From Anthoceros angustus (lineage: Eukaryota; Plantae; Anthocerotophyta), in NCBI GenBank assembly GCA_010909165.1, contig MU008167.1, forward strand, positions 868,001-932,000: DNA of 64,000 nt, read 5' to 3'. Shown piece by piece: positions 12,950 through 26,480 of the stretch (within the stretch, counting starts at the first letter, position 1; each line of letters begins with the position of its first letter). The translations under genes were made by a program, and so were the position numbers. The notes beneath the pieces are model-generated. The model ran no database searches, was not told the DNA's origin, and was given only the letters and a program-made list of their open reading frames with translations.

Positions 12950-13720
12950 CTAATAACCTGAGCTAAGAAGTTGCTTCCTTAGCCTTCCTTGCAGTTCGGG
13001 AAGAAGGTGCTCCACCATGAACCCTTCATCACGGACCTTCTTATGCAAGATTGCTTCCATCACCTTTTCATCACATTCCCCACGCGTATCCCTCATGCAG
13101 AGGTTCCAGTTGTGTGTATATCCGACTTCCCGTCCAGTCTTTTGAGGACCCAAAGATGGAGCTGCGGTTTCACTTTCCTTCCAATAAGCTCTAAGCTTTG
13201 TTAGCCAGTTTCCGTGCCTGGAACCCACATACTTAATCTCTTCAAAAGTGGCCTGGCTATCAAACTTGGCTTTGAACCTCTCCATGAACTGCTTTTGCCC
13301 TCCAAACCCAAAGCAAGAATATGGCTTCTTGTCACATTTTTCCTCATCAAAGTGACGAGCCACATGGCTAGGAGCAATGACAGTGTCTAGCTTGTCCTTC
13401 TCTTGTTTCAATAGAACATCCCAAAACTCTCGTTTAAGGCTCTTAGGCGGTTGCGCAGCTTTCTTGCCTTTCAAGAAATGCCTAGCCTCCTTCCTCAAGT
13501 TGTTCTTCCAATGCCTCAAGCCCGGAGCCACTATCTGAGCCACAACACAGTGAAACGTCCATGGACCAGATATGGTCTACCTAATTGTGCTTTCCACAAG
13601 AAGGACATCAACATCAGAATGTTCCCAGAAATCAGCCAATAGTGGGTTGCACAAATGACGAATGGCGAAGTGCACCCGATCCTTCATTGGAAACCAAGAT
13701 GGCGAGTCTCGGAGAATATA
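12950..13720 (-). CDS. CACTA accessory (TnpA-like) protein, last exon or near-intact remnant
   Basis: 197-aa ORF 12950-13543 (LRHWKNNLRKEARHFLKGKK...EFWDVLLKQEKDK...YSCFGFGGQ) plus upstream IRHLCNPLLADFW in a shifted frame; homologous to ORFs in CACTA 1 and 3. Confidence 0.55.
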
Positions 13721-15579
13721 ACCTGCATAGCCGAAAAAGCATGATCACATGGATATAAATAGGGCAATCACGAAAAATAAGGCACGGACATCTAAACCTA
13801 AGGACTTTCGGGCTGAAATACGGACTGTTACCAAGGCTTGATTTACTGGTCCGAGCTACAACTTTTGTAGCTTAGACCTAGTGCCACAAGACTACTCTGG
13901 AAAAATTAGAAACTATCCACGCTTACCAGATTCATGCAAATGAGAAAGGAGAACCTCATGCTGTAAGTCCCAAATCCTCTTTCGTTTTCTACCGTTCGCT
14001 TGTTGCCCTTCACCTCATCATCAAAACCGCTTGGAATTTCAATACCATCCCCAACATGGGCATCAACGGGGAGATGCCCAAATTCAGGACATGCTCTTGC
14101 CCTCTTGTATCGGTGCATCCTCGTCCTCTCGCACACAGTGTGGGATGAACGGGATCCTTGGGGTGCTCGGGACCACAACGTCTGATCCTAGGACGGTACC
14201 TGTCCCGTTAGCAATCTCACCTTGTGGTTTAGGGGGAGCACAAGCATTTCCCTCCGAATTATCACTCTGAGACTTCCCCTCAGCTAGTGCTTTTGCTGAG
14301 GGAGTGCATGTCTCGCCCTTGCTAGCATGCGGACACATTTGTAACTCCAACTGATCATCGTAAAACTGGATGGCGGGACTCTGTCTTGAGCGACCTCTTC
14401 CCAACCTGCCTCCTTGTTCCCTTCTGTGGCTGAGTGTGCTTTTTTGTCTGTAGGCCTGCAAAACTCGGGACTTGCAATGTGTTCATCAGCAATCGCCTTT
14501 GGAGATTCCGGCAGTCCCTGCATGGCATAGACCCATTCCGGCATGTGTGCCTTACCGCTCTTTGACATCCCAAAGGGATGGTCCATGTTATCAACTGAAT
14601 GGGCGTCTTCTAATGCCCACGCATCAGACGCCCCAAAGCCATCTTGTCTGAGATGTCCCCGTCAATACATCGTTGTTTTCATCATCAATCGCATCGTCTC
14701 CTTGTAAGCCATCTTCGTCGTCATCATCTTACGGATCTTGTGTTTGCTCTCGCAGTCAAAACCCTCTCTGCCTCTACTCTAATTTTTGCGGTAGCGGTTT
14801 GTGGTCTGCAGACACCATGCCGAGCTCACCTTGATGCGCTTGGACCGTCTGTCCCACCTCGAGCTGCCCTCCCAAGCCCATCCATGCCACAGTCTCAAGC
14901 TCGTATTGTTGACCGTCCTTTTGTTGCACCTTGCCACGCTTTGCACCCGTCCATCCTTCCCATGCCGAGTATGTTGAAGAGGCACGGCTCTGGTCTCTGC
15001 CTCATGGTGTGCTTGCGTCCTAGATTTCTTCACCGTCGTCCACTTGCCTTTCGGTGTTGGGGCCGGCCCTAAAATATTGCAGCCAAGTTCTGTTCTTTAC
15101 AACCAGCGTTGGGTCCAATGCACCATCCCTCGCTTGTAGCCTCGGCGGTGCATCCCGCAAAAGGTAGCGTTGCGGCCGTGTCTGGGTCCTTCTCGGCACG
15201 ACAAGCAATCTTCCTGGCTAATGGCATCTGCAACCCATTGTTGGTTGTGAAGAGCAGGAGCTACGAATCGGCATGAAGCAGAACAAAGCGCAAAGAACAC
15301 AGTAAAACAACCCCTACCCTCACCTTGACAAAGCTCATGCATGAACCACGGTGACTGGCGATGTGTCGTTAGTCAGCAACACCAGCGTAAACGGCTTACT
15401 CAAGCTGGAGCGAGGTTTCATGACACTCATTGTTTTTTGAACACGGTAGGTTCTATCCCGCGCAACTTTGCCGCTAGTATTCCAAGTCCAAATCGCTTGC
15501 ATGGTGCTCTTGTAATGTGAACACGGCCTCTAGGTGCACGTAATTACCACCTGCATTTCCAACCATTTATAGCCAATTA

Positions 15580-16200
15580 CTTCCTTGGGTTTCGGTAAAC
15601 CCTGATATGGTAAACCAGGATTTCCCGAGACCCCAAACCCAAGGACATATTACTTTGAATGAAAGTGTCCTTGGGTTTTGGCTCAGTTCTGATTAACGGG
15701 TTTGAAACATACACTTATAAACCAATGGGTTGAAGTATCCGACACCCAAGGACTCGATGTGTCCTTGGGTATCGGTCTTCTTAAACCATGGTTATAAGGT
15801 TTCGATAAACCCTGATATGGTAAACCAGGGTTTTCCGAGACTCCTTGGGTGTCTTTGGGAGTCCTTGGGTTAAAGCGAAGGAAAAAACCCGGGTTAACCT
15901 ATAAAGCCGGATTTCGATACCCAAGGACACTTTGTAAACCCAGTGGGTTGAAGTATCCGACACCCAAGGACTCGCATCGATGTGTCCTTGGGTATCGGGC
16001 TTCTTAAGCCATGATTATAAGGTTTCGATAAACCACGATATGGTAAACCGGGGTTTTCCGAGACTCATGGTGTCTTTAGGAGTCCTTGGGTTGCGAAGGA
16101 AAAACCGGGTTAACCTATAAAGCGGTTTGATACCCAAGGACACTTTGTAAACCCAGTGGGTTGATGTCCCAAGGACACTTGTCCTTGGGTATAAACATGA
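15580..16200. repeat. Degenerate tandem duplication (~230-bp units rich in CCTTGGG/CCCAAGG) inside CACTA 2
   Basis: Repeated blocks such as AAACCCTGATATGGTAAACC and GAAGTATCCGACACCCAAGGACTCG. Confidence 0.7.
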
Positions 16201-19099
16201 TTATATAACGTTCTATGGTTTAAGTATCAGAGGCACATAGACTTTGATAGAAAACTAAACCCATGTGCTACTTATGCATGTGATGGGTAGTCGGACACAT
16301 TTTCATTCGGTCAGAGATTTCATCAAGGACACATTGTCATTTTGTCAGAGATTTCGTCAAGGATTCTGATTGACCACTCGAGTTGATGTCGGGTTTTGGG
16401 ACTTGTCATTTTCGGAACATGACTTCCGGCCGATGCACTTCAGCATGCGGCAATTTGAACTCGATATGTGCCCCACACGTGGCGGCCATCCATTTGTCTC
16501 AGTTGGCAATATAAGGAGGCACAGCCTCCAAGGCACTCCATTGGTTTCGGTTGCCTTGTGACCGATTCCTCGGGTTTGATCTTGAACATGACTTAGGCAT
16601 GCACTTGACGCGGCAATTTGACTCGATATGTGCGTGGCCATCCATTTGTCTCGATTGGCAATATAAGGAGGCCTGACCTCCAAGGCACTCTAATGGTTTC
16701 GATTTGCCTTGGCGGATTCCTCAGGCGGTTTGCGATCATAGCTATTTCCTACAGGTTGTGGGCATTTGTCTGGTTTGCCATTGAAGTTTGTCTTGGCCTT
16801 CTTGGCCTTTTGATTTCTTCTTTTGGTCGCAACTCTGGATGATAACACTTTGTCAACACTTGGTTTGTAGCGAGCTTACGAATGCGGTTGTGAAGAGCAG
16901 GGCCAAGCTATGGCTTTCAACACTTGGACATGGTATTCCGATTTTCGAGGGCGACCGGAAAGAATCAATCCTAATTGACCACTCCCTTTCTCACAAGTAC
17001 TTGTGGCGTCGATGCGGCTGGTGTATAAGCACCTTGACAAGCTAGGCGCGTGCATAAGGAGGTGCAGAGGTTTGCCCAGTGGACGGATGTTCGGAAGGGA
17101 GGCGGTGGATGGGCGGAGGATTTCCCCACCACCTTCTTGTGGCGAGGTGGAGAAGGTTGTGGGCATTGAGGAGAATTGAGCGTGTAATTGGAGGTGAGGC
17201 GGGCGTGAAGCAGGACCCTCACGCATCCGCATCAGCCAGAGTTGGGATTAAAGAACCATGTAATGCCACATTGGTTATGGGCATTAGAGAAATGGTTTTT
17301 GATGACCGATGCAAACGAGGAGCTAGAGTGTAATGTCTCCTAATAAAGTCATCATCTCTCATTCCAATAAATCGTGCCAATACCCTTGACCCTCATTGTG
17401 AACTACTAACATGGTAATATTTGAAAGGGCTGAATATACATCAAGCGGCTTCATAGGCCAATATACGCTAAACAGGGTTTGTGATGGGTATCAAACTGGT
17501 TCTATGGTACATAGATAGCGGAAAACACGAAAAATTAGGGTGTTCCACATGTGGATCACGGATCCATGGATGATGATGGACCGAGAATGGTGTGCACGCT
17601 AACACAATACATGATTCCAAGGGAATGGAGACCCATGCCGTATGAAATTGCATTCTGCAGCATTAAATCATGCTGGTAATTGAGGCTTATTTATGTATGT
17701 CCTCACGACCTCGCCAACCCAAAAGCGTAATACATGGACTTTCCGAAAGGGAATACATCGGTTGCACACCTCGCAATATGGAGGACACCGTGCCTGCGTC
17801 GGATGAGAGGAATGGCGCCGTGCGGCGCCATTTTAATGTCGGCTCTAACGCCATGGTCACTTGCTCGGTCGAATGTGCACGGAGAGTCGGAGTATTGCGC
17901 CGCATGCCGGCGCCATTTTAATCGCTCTAACGCCATGGTCACTTGCTCGGTCGAATGTGCACGGAGGGGTCGGGGGGTAATGCACCGGCATCTTGCGCAG
18001 CATAGCCGTGACCCCGCTCCTTGCAAGGTCATGAATGAGATGGTGCCGCCCGTCGATCAAACCGATGCCATAGTGAACTGAATTCTCTGTTTGCGTGGTC
18101 CACATGCGGAGGGCCTTAGTTTTTATCCCCGTTTCTGTTCTTTGAGCAACACGCCTCAAACTATGGTTGGGGAAACAAAGTGTGATGAACCCTAGGGATT
18201 TGGGAACTCTAATTCACTGCGACAATGTTCAATGAAGAAATCGATTTGATTCATGTAAGGGGCCCCGCATGCCGTAGTAGTAACATTTTCTTTGGGATAC
18301 GGAGATAAAAAGTTCACTCATAACGATACTACGGCCTCTTCCCATTGGCCATGACAACACCATCCAATCTATCTCTCTTACATTGTACCAACCAAGAATC
18401 ACATCCTTACTCTTCGCGACTCTAAACCTTCTTCCTCGATGACAACTTCATCACCATCATCCTCGCTATCGACTGCATCTATGGAGGAGGGCACGATATG
18501 AGGCGAAGAGCATTCAATTTCTCTTTGATTGCTTTCTTGTCTGCGTAGAGATGTTTCACGGATGTCACTTGAACCCATAATATACAATAATGGTTTTACG
18601 GACGAAGAGCTTGGATGTTCGGAGGCTCAAACCTTTTCCGTCTTGCCTTTCGAATGTGCTGCAATGTCGCTATCGGACTGAAAAATTCCCTACATACTTC
18701 CTTCAAAGGCATCTGTGTTCGGTCCGCCACCGTGCACAAGGAAATATGGGTCGGGGGCGGTGGTGGACACCAACAACCTTGGCCACCAGGCCTATTGTGA
18801 GTATCGCCCTCACAAGGCGTTACAATGAACATACCTTTTCAATCTCCATGATGTCACCATTCATCCTCTCCACTTCCTCATCACGTCGTTCAACGTTCGA
18901 TATGCTCCTGTACATGTCCGTTGTGGCACATCCCGCAATAATGCTTCGTCGAGAGCCTCATCCGCAGCAAGGAGGCACATTTGCCGCTGCCCTATCATAC
19001 CACTTCCACGGGTTTTCAAAACAAGTCCGATGTTATGGTCCACGATCGTTGCGATCTCCTCGATCCTTCCGAAATCATCCCACCACTCCCCTCAACAGC

Positions 19100-21804
19100 A
19101 TTAACATAAGTTGGTAACTTCAGCATCCCTTTCTTCAAGTGATCTCGCCATCACGTGCACTCAAGCCTCCTCCACTCCCTTTCTTGTCTTTCGCAATGCC
19201 ATTAGGGAGTTGGGCCGATGGTGTTAGGCACAAAGCGACAAGAACTCAGGCCATCTTGATTTCCCACAATGGAGAAGTCGAGTATTGTTTGCTCGAATGA
19301 CCGTTACCTTTCCCGTCCACTTTGTCTTCTTGGGTAATTTTGAATGTGTTGGAGCGAAGGTTGTTTAACTTCGCCGCGACTTTGTACTTCGACCTCCTTC
19401 TCCATTGCATCGGCCACACAAATGAGCGAAATCTGCAACTTCCGTCACCACCTTCACTGGTTGATTGTGTAAATTGTTCAAAATGTCCCGCATAGTTGGT
19501 AGGGTTCTAGCCTCTTTGTGTTTCGGATGTTTGAGAAACAAGAAAACATTTGGTCGACTTGATCGTGTGTATGCCCAACAAGAAGAAAACCAACCTTCAC
19601 CTTCTCAAAGCGTTCCTAGGTCGACGAGCATGTTGAGGTAAGCAAAAGCGGTGATTCTTGTTCTCCCGCATGTGTTGTCCAAATTGCAAATATAAAACTT
19701 TAGGAAGCAACCTTCATAAGTGAGGATCACATCTGTATAATAGAAATCGTCAAATTTGCATCATTCCTCAAATTCGCATAGTGGAGATACGCCTTGAATG
19801 TGTAATTATGAATCATGCAACCCACTACATGCACCGTAATCTTGCTCTTTTAAGTCCTTCGCCACCTCAAGATATGGGGAGCGTTTTTCGATCCATTCCA
19901 TCGATACATAATAACATATACTTGTGTGGCTCCTTGTACCCTTTTGTGCGATGCTTGTGAAGCTTTTTCCGTTCATCCATCGACGGATCGATGCTTATCC
20001 GCATCACGATATCTGTTGCACAAATGAAAGTACAATGTTAGGCTAGTACAAGAACCAGGGCAAGAGGCGGATGCAACTCGAGGCATGATCAACGTGAAAG
20101 GTCCGTTAACATGCCATGCATGCCAAAATTCCCAACGCATAATCATGCATGCTTTGTCGACCATGTCGAGAACACTAGTTTGATACCATGAGCAGCCGCA
20201 GCCGTACCGGATGGCACATGTACATGGGCGCCGCATGCATGGGCGGCGGCATGCGCATCATGCGGGCTCGGCATGCCGCACACATGTCCATGGGCTCGCA
20301 TATGCCACATGTCCATGGGCGGCGGCATGCGCAGCCTGTGGCATGCGGCCGCACATGTCATGGCACCATGCCGCATGCATGGGCGGCATGCCGGCACATG
20401 TGCATGCGCACACATGCATGCCGCCACATGTCATGGGCGCGGCATGCCGGACATGCGTGGCGCGCATGCCGCCACACATGGGCGCCGCATGCCGGCCACA
20501 CATGGGCGCGCATGCCGCCACACATGGGCGCCGCATGCATGGGCGGCGGCATGCCGCACACATGCATGGGCGCATGCGGCGGCATGCCGGCACATGTACA
20601 TGGGCGCGGCATTCCGAACACCCAAGTGCGTGGGCGCGAGCATAACATGAGGACACGGTGTGTGGCGGCATGCCGCCACACATGGAATAGGTTGGAATCA
20701 TGCATGCCGCCACACATGTTCATGGGCGCGGCATTCGGGCACCCATGTCCATGGGCGCCGCATGCCGGCCACACATGGGCGCGCATGCGGCGCCTCTCCG
20801 CGGTGGCATGCATGCAACATATGTTGCGGAATCACCACATGGAATATTCTCTTGCCAGATCACACACATGGAATAGGTAGGAACCATGCCGCGCACACTG
20901 TTGGGGTGTGGACTCGGCCGGGGCAACTGCCAACTTTGCTACGATTATAGATTAATGTCCAAACGGCATTGGGCTTGGAAAGTCGTACCTTGGTCGGTCT
21001 GCGTCATGCTTCTTATGTTGAACTTCAATCCTGCGCATAATGAACATGTCGAAAACCTATTGGACTTGGGTATCTTCACCCGTTTGAAGTTCTGTTCCCA
21101 AAGCCGCAAGAAGTAGGCATATGAAATAAAGCGCAGTCCTTTGTGCTCCATTTCCCCTTTGTATTGTGTCCAGACCTCTAGCTTAGTGAATATGTCTGGT
21201 AAGTTATACACCTCCACGTTTGGCAAACGCTCTGCCAAGTGGATGAATGTAGAGTCCATCCACGCAATCGCACCCAAAGCATGGGAGGATTGCACCCGAG
21301 GACTAGGCTTATTCTCATCCCATGGAGCATTACACAATACCCTCCTCTTCAACTCTTCATATCGTGCTGAGCCGATGCAGTACACCAGCCGGAAGGCTTT
21401 CAGGCAGGATCTCATTGGAGCAGCACCCATTAGATGGGTTATAACTCTTTGTCTTGAGTTGGCCTCAAATCGTCGACAAGGGAAGAAATGTTTCTGTGCG
21501 GCTGCTCAACCTCGAGGAACTGTCCGCTCCGAAGCCTTCTTTGGTCAACATTTGGATGCACAATTTGTTGCAACATGGTTTCGAAAATCTCGCAACACAG
21601 TCCCCTCTCTTCGCGAAAAGCATGACGCGAACCCGATATCATGTTCGCTTCTAGCGTCTCGGACATAGGTTTGGATGATAGGAAGGTGGACTTCGTCTTC
21701 GGTGGTGTCTGGAAAACATTCTCTTCATCCACATTTGGGTGTCCAACTTCTCCACCACTAGCATTTCCATTAAACGGACCTCGGACCGCACAACCGTTCG
21801 CCAC
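19100..21804 (-). pseudogene. Sola-like (DUF7869-type) DDD transposase with an intron, frameshifted
   Basis: CLKAFRLVYCIG; FLRLWEQNFKRVKIPKSNRFSTCSLC (20945-21430); CIDGMD (DGMD 19891-19902); LYLQ(L)DNTC.ENKN (~19654-19696); VGFLLVGHTHDQVDQMFS (GHTH...S 19541-19576); GT donor ~20988 and AG acceptor ~20013 on the minus strand. Confidence 0.8.
20150..20890. repeat. GC-rich CATG/GCATGC-based quasi-palindromic minisatellite in the transposase intron
   Basis: Dense repeats of GCCGCATGC, GGCATGCCG and CACACATGGGCG. Confidence 0.85.
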
Positions 21805-24800
21805 TTCGCCGTACCCTCCTCCACAGGACTTCTATCCATTGCGGTGTAGAGATTCATATTTCTTGGAGTGGGAGGAAGAAAGCGAGGCACACGAGCTGAT
21901 GAGTCCTCCTCCACCGGACCGCACTCAAGAAGTGAACATTTGTGCAATGCGGAGTGCACACAAACTCCACTTCACGCATAACATGTCACCAATGCTCGAT
22001 TGTAATTGCTTACTTTCTTTGAGAAGGTTGAGGCATGCATGCCTCAAGCCGAGTCATATCTGGCGCAAAATTCTTAGCGTTTGGTTCTTCTTTCCGAATC
22101 GAGCTCTCTCAGGTATTGGGAGGCATCTTCGCGGCCAAAGTCAACATCGCCATCACGCTCCATTTGAATCCGCAACCACATGACCAACATTGCCGTAAAG
22201 TTTCACAACAAATGGCAATACAAGTTAGCGGCACAGGGGTATCACCTCGGCGTCATGAAGAATGTGCGTAGCTTGTAGCATGATGAGGGACTAGAACCTT
22301 GACGACCTCGCCAATGACACCAATAGTCGCGAACCTCGCAAACGATGGCTACTGCGTTCTTGCTCTCAGTGTGTTGAACCTCTCCCACATTCCGGCACTG
22401 TGTGGAACATTTAATAGGTGGAAAACGGGTTTCACGTTTCCTGAAAGCCAAATGGACATTAGTTGGCAAAGGCCAATCCCTTCTCGCAAGAAGTAAAGAG
22501 GACGCAAACGAATTTGCCAGAAAGGCATGCATCATTACGGCATCCAGCGGATCACAAAACGGCGGCTCCAATTTATGGTTTTTAACCACGATAAAACGGC
22601 GGTTCCATCCTCACCGCAACTAAGTTAGGGTTTCCTCCCATACGACACATGGCGCACCGTATTATAAGCACGGGTGTCTATTGTCGACCTACGAAGTGAG
22701 CGTAACGACGCCATCTTCTTCTTTATTCACTGGTTCGAAGGCAACAAGTGCTTGTGAGAGAAGTGTCTGCGCTCCGGCAATTCAGCGCCCGGTGGGCACT
22801 GGAATTCCGCGCTTCAATTCCGGCGCGGTGAAGGAATTCGGTGCGCGCTCGAAACTCGTCCGGCTCTGCAAGTCGCCGTCTCGTGGCGGTGAGCATCAAG
22901 GCTAACCCCACAAGCATCGGCCACGCGGAGGTTGGTATTTCGCTTCAACCCACACAACCATTGTTTTGGATGGGCAATTACTGACCCGTCTTGTGTGATT
23001 TCGTGAGAGCGAGATATGGCAAGTGGAAGGCGCGGAAGGAGGCGCTGGCTCGGGATCTGGAGCTTGTGGACAAGCCAAAGCGGCATAAGAAACGACACTC
23101 GAAGGAAGAGGGAGAGCGGGGGCACTGCTGAGCATAGCTGGAGGGGCAAAGGGTCATGTCTGGTTCCCACGTTCTAAAAACCAAACTCTGCAAAGGGAGC
23201 GCAAGGGCACAGGAAAAGGTTGGCCTTCCCAAGTCTCGAGGCTCCTCCCGGATCCCATCCCATCTCCTTATACGTATGAGGCGGTGCCACAGCACACAAG
23301 CCAGTTGATGAAGTTGTTTTGTTGGAGAAAGGCGGTTGTTCACGCAATCGGAGGAACTGAAGAGGACACAATGGTGTGGACTCCTTGTTAAAGCTGTGGA
23401 TTTTGGGTTCAATGGTGCTTTGCACAATCGAGGGCTAGGCGGGATGGGTTCTGGGCTACAATGGATGTGGTGGATGGTGAACCGGAGTTCCAGGTTTTGT
23501 GCACATCCAAGCCTTACGAAGTGGAAGGGTTGCCACCGACACCAGACGACTACAATGTGTATGTGCTAAGGCTTGCAAACTTTCACGGCAGGAAGTGTGA
23601 ACCGTATACCCTGTCAAGGAAATTCTTGGATGCTTGGCGAATTGAAAATGTAAGTGCAAATGTTTCCCCTCAACTCTCTCTAACATGATCGGTGTGTATT
23701 TGAGAGGCTGATAAAAGTAACACATGTCTTGTGGCGAAACCATGTGCAGGGTGGAAGATCATTTTATAGGTTTCTTTGTCGGTGATTCTGAGACTCCATG
23801 AAAATGCACCATGAGATGTCTTTGCGGAGGACAAGGCGAGGCCCTTCCACAGTTTGCCTTTTCTAATGCAGAGAAGAGGAAGCAGAGTTTGGACCCTCAG
23901 ATGAGGAGGATGGTCCCATTGGTCAACAGCTTGGACAGTCGGATGAGGAAGCCTCTGAAGACCAAGAGGATGAAAGGGGACAAGGTGCTTCTTGCTTGTG
24001 CCAACGTTAGCATACATTCCTGATGAAGATGGGAGCAGGAGGAACCCTTCTCTTCGCGACAACCAGGAATTGGGAAGCCCGCAAATCAATTGGTTTGTAT
24101 CGGGCTATGATGGAGGCGGGAGGAGGCGCCGGCATGCGGCGGCCTGCCTTCAGCGAGAAGGCACCCTAGCACGTTAGGTGGTGTGCAATCGGAGGCACCA
24201 CCGGCCGCTAGTGGTAGTGGGGAGGCCACCGAGGCGAAGAAACATCTGGAGCCATGGAGCTCTCTATGCAGGTGGAGCGTCGGAGGAGGAAGGCGCGGCA
24301 TGCCGGCGCCTCTCCGATGGGTGCGGGCGCCGGCATGCGGCGCCCCATGTCTTGAGGTGGAGGAAGGAGGCGGGCGCGGCATGCGCCCTCCTCCGATGGG
24401 ATGTGGGGCCGGCATGCGGCGCCTCCTTCCTCCGGCCGGATGGTGGATGGCGCGGCATGCGCGCCGGCGATGCGCGCCGCATGCGCGCCCCGCTGGAAGG
24501 TGGGGATGCGGGCGCGGCATGCGGCCCCTCGTGGAAGGTGGGGATGCGGGCGCGGCATGCGCGCCGCATGCCGCCCCATGCCGCCGAGCAGATGGAGAAC
24601 CCAGGGGCTGGGGAAGAGGAAGACTTCCTCATCCGACCCACCGAGGCACATGTGGATGCCGCAGATACGAGGCGGAAGAAAGGAAAACGTGCCGGCCCTT
24701 CCGATAGCAATGACATTCCAACCGTATATGTGGCCACAGATGGGGAGCATCGAGCTCTATGTTGGATGAAGATTATTTGAGCAAACTGCGAGAATCGGCG

Positions 24801-26029
24801 TATGCAAAAAGGTGGTTCCAAACTTTCACGAAGTGTGAACCGTATATCTGTCAAGGAAAATTCTTGGATGCTTGGCGAATTGAAAATGTAAGTGCAAATG
24901 TTTCCTCAACTCTCTCTAACATGATCGGTGTGTATTTGAGAGGCGATAAAAGTAACACATGTCTTGTGTTAAAACCATGTGGTGGAAGATCATTTTATAG
25001 GTTTCTTTGTCGGTGATTAGACTCCATGAAAATGCACCGCGAGATGTCTTTATGGAGGACAAGGCAGGCCCTTCCAGTTTGCCTTTTCTAATGCGAGAAG
25101 AGGAAGCGAGTTTGGACCCTCGGATGAGGAGGATGGTCCCATTGGCAGCGGCATCGGATGAGGAAGCCTCAAGACCAAGAGGAGGAAAGGGGACAAGGGC
25201 TTCTTTGCTTGTGCCAAAGTTAGCATACGTTCGATGAAGATGGGGAGCGGAGGAACCCTCCTCTTCGCGACAACCGAATTGGGAAGCCCGCAAATCAATA
25301 GGTTTGTATCGGGCTTTGATGCGAGGCGGGAGGAGGCGCGGCATGCGGCTGGGTGCCTTCCCAAGCGAGAAGGCACCCTAGCACGTTAGGTGGTGTGCAA
25401 TCGGAGGCACCACCGGCGCTAGTGGTAGTGGGGAGCCCACGAGGCGAGAAGAAACATCTGGAGCCATGGAGCTCTCTATGCACAGGTGGAGCGTCGGAGG
25501 AGGAGGGCGCGGCATGCGGCGCCTCCTCCGATGATGTGGGTGCGGGCGCGGCATGCGCCCATGTCTTGAGGTGGAGGAAGGGAGGCGGATGCGGCGCCCC
25601 TCTCCCTATGGTTGATGTGGGGCCGGCATGCGGCGCCGGCATGCCGCGCCCCTCTCCGATGGTGAGATGCGGCGATGCGCCGCATGCGGCCCCTCGGTGG
25701 AAGGTGGGGATGCGGGCGGCATGCGCCCTTCGTGGAAGGTGGGGATGCGGGCGCGGCATGCTGGAAGGTGGGGCGGGCGCGGCATGCGGCGCCCGAGCGG
25801 CGAGATGGAGAACCCAGGCTGGGGAAGAGGAAGACTTCCTCATCGGCCCAGAGGCAGTGACGTGATGCCGGCAGTCAGGAAGAAAGGAAAACGTGTCGCG
25901 CCTTCCGCAATGACATTCCAAGCGTACATGTGGCCACAGATGGGGAGCGCATCTATGTTGGATGAAGATTATTTGAGCAAACTAGAATCGGCGTATGCAA
26001 AAAGGTGGTTCAAACTGTTCTTGTGAAGC

Positions 26030-26480
26030 TCGAGAACTTGAGGCTGCATCATTTCTAACTCCGATGCAGATCCGGAATGTGGATGAGGCTGGCTAACTAT
26101 TTGGCGTGTGATAGCAAAGGGGACGTATAGAGGAAGGAGTCCTCCCACTGTATGTATGATTGACCCATCGAATGCGTGGATATCCAAAGCTGACTGGATC
26201 AAGTTTCGGGCTAAGAAGTACGTGATGGGAGTCTTAGGTGGCAATCATACATATGCCGCCATGAAGCACCTTGTCGACATATCGCCGGAAGGCAAGGTTC
26301 CAATGGATGGAGGCCCATGTTTATTGTGGGCTTACTATCGGAGATGAGGATATTGGCAATGACCACAACACGATGTCGACAAGAGGAAAAGATGAATTTT
26401 ATCGAACAAGTTAGGTACCGCGAGATGAGCTCCAAATTGCAAAGCGAGATGGTGTGACCATGAGCATGAACTGAAGTTTA
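26030..26480 (+). pseudogene. ParB/Srx-like domain of the cargo gene
   Basis: MQIRNVDE...IAKGTYRG...VCMID...VMGVLGGNHTYAAMKHL resembles the ParB-N GxHR motif region; followed by IGNDHN; frameshifted. Confidence 0.55.

Noticed and set aside
16788-17333. Overlapping short ORFs in CACTA 2 left of the Sola-like element
   Set aside because: Might be a degraded cargo gene, but no recognisable motif supports a call.
20143-20950. Several His/Met/Ala/Cys-rich ORFs on both strands
   Set aside because: By-products of a stop-poor GC-rich minisatellite inside an inferred intron.
19100-21804. DDD transposase as the cognate transposase of CACTA element 2
   Set aside because: It lacks Transposase_21 motifs and lies within its own inverted repeats at 17408-17439 / 28719-28750.
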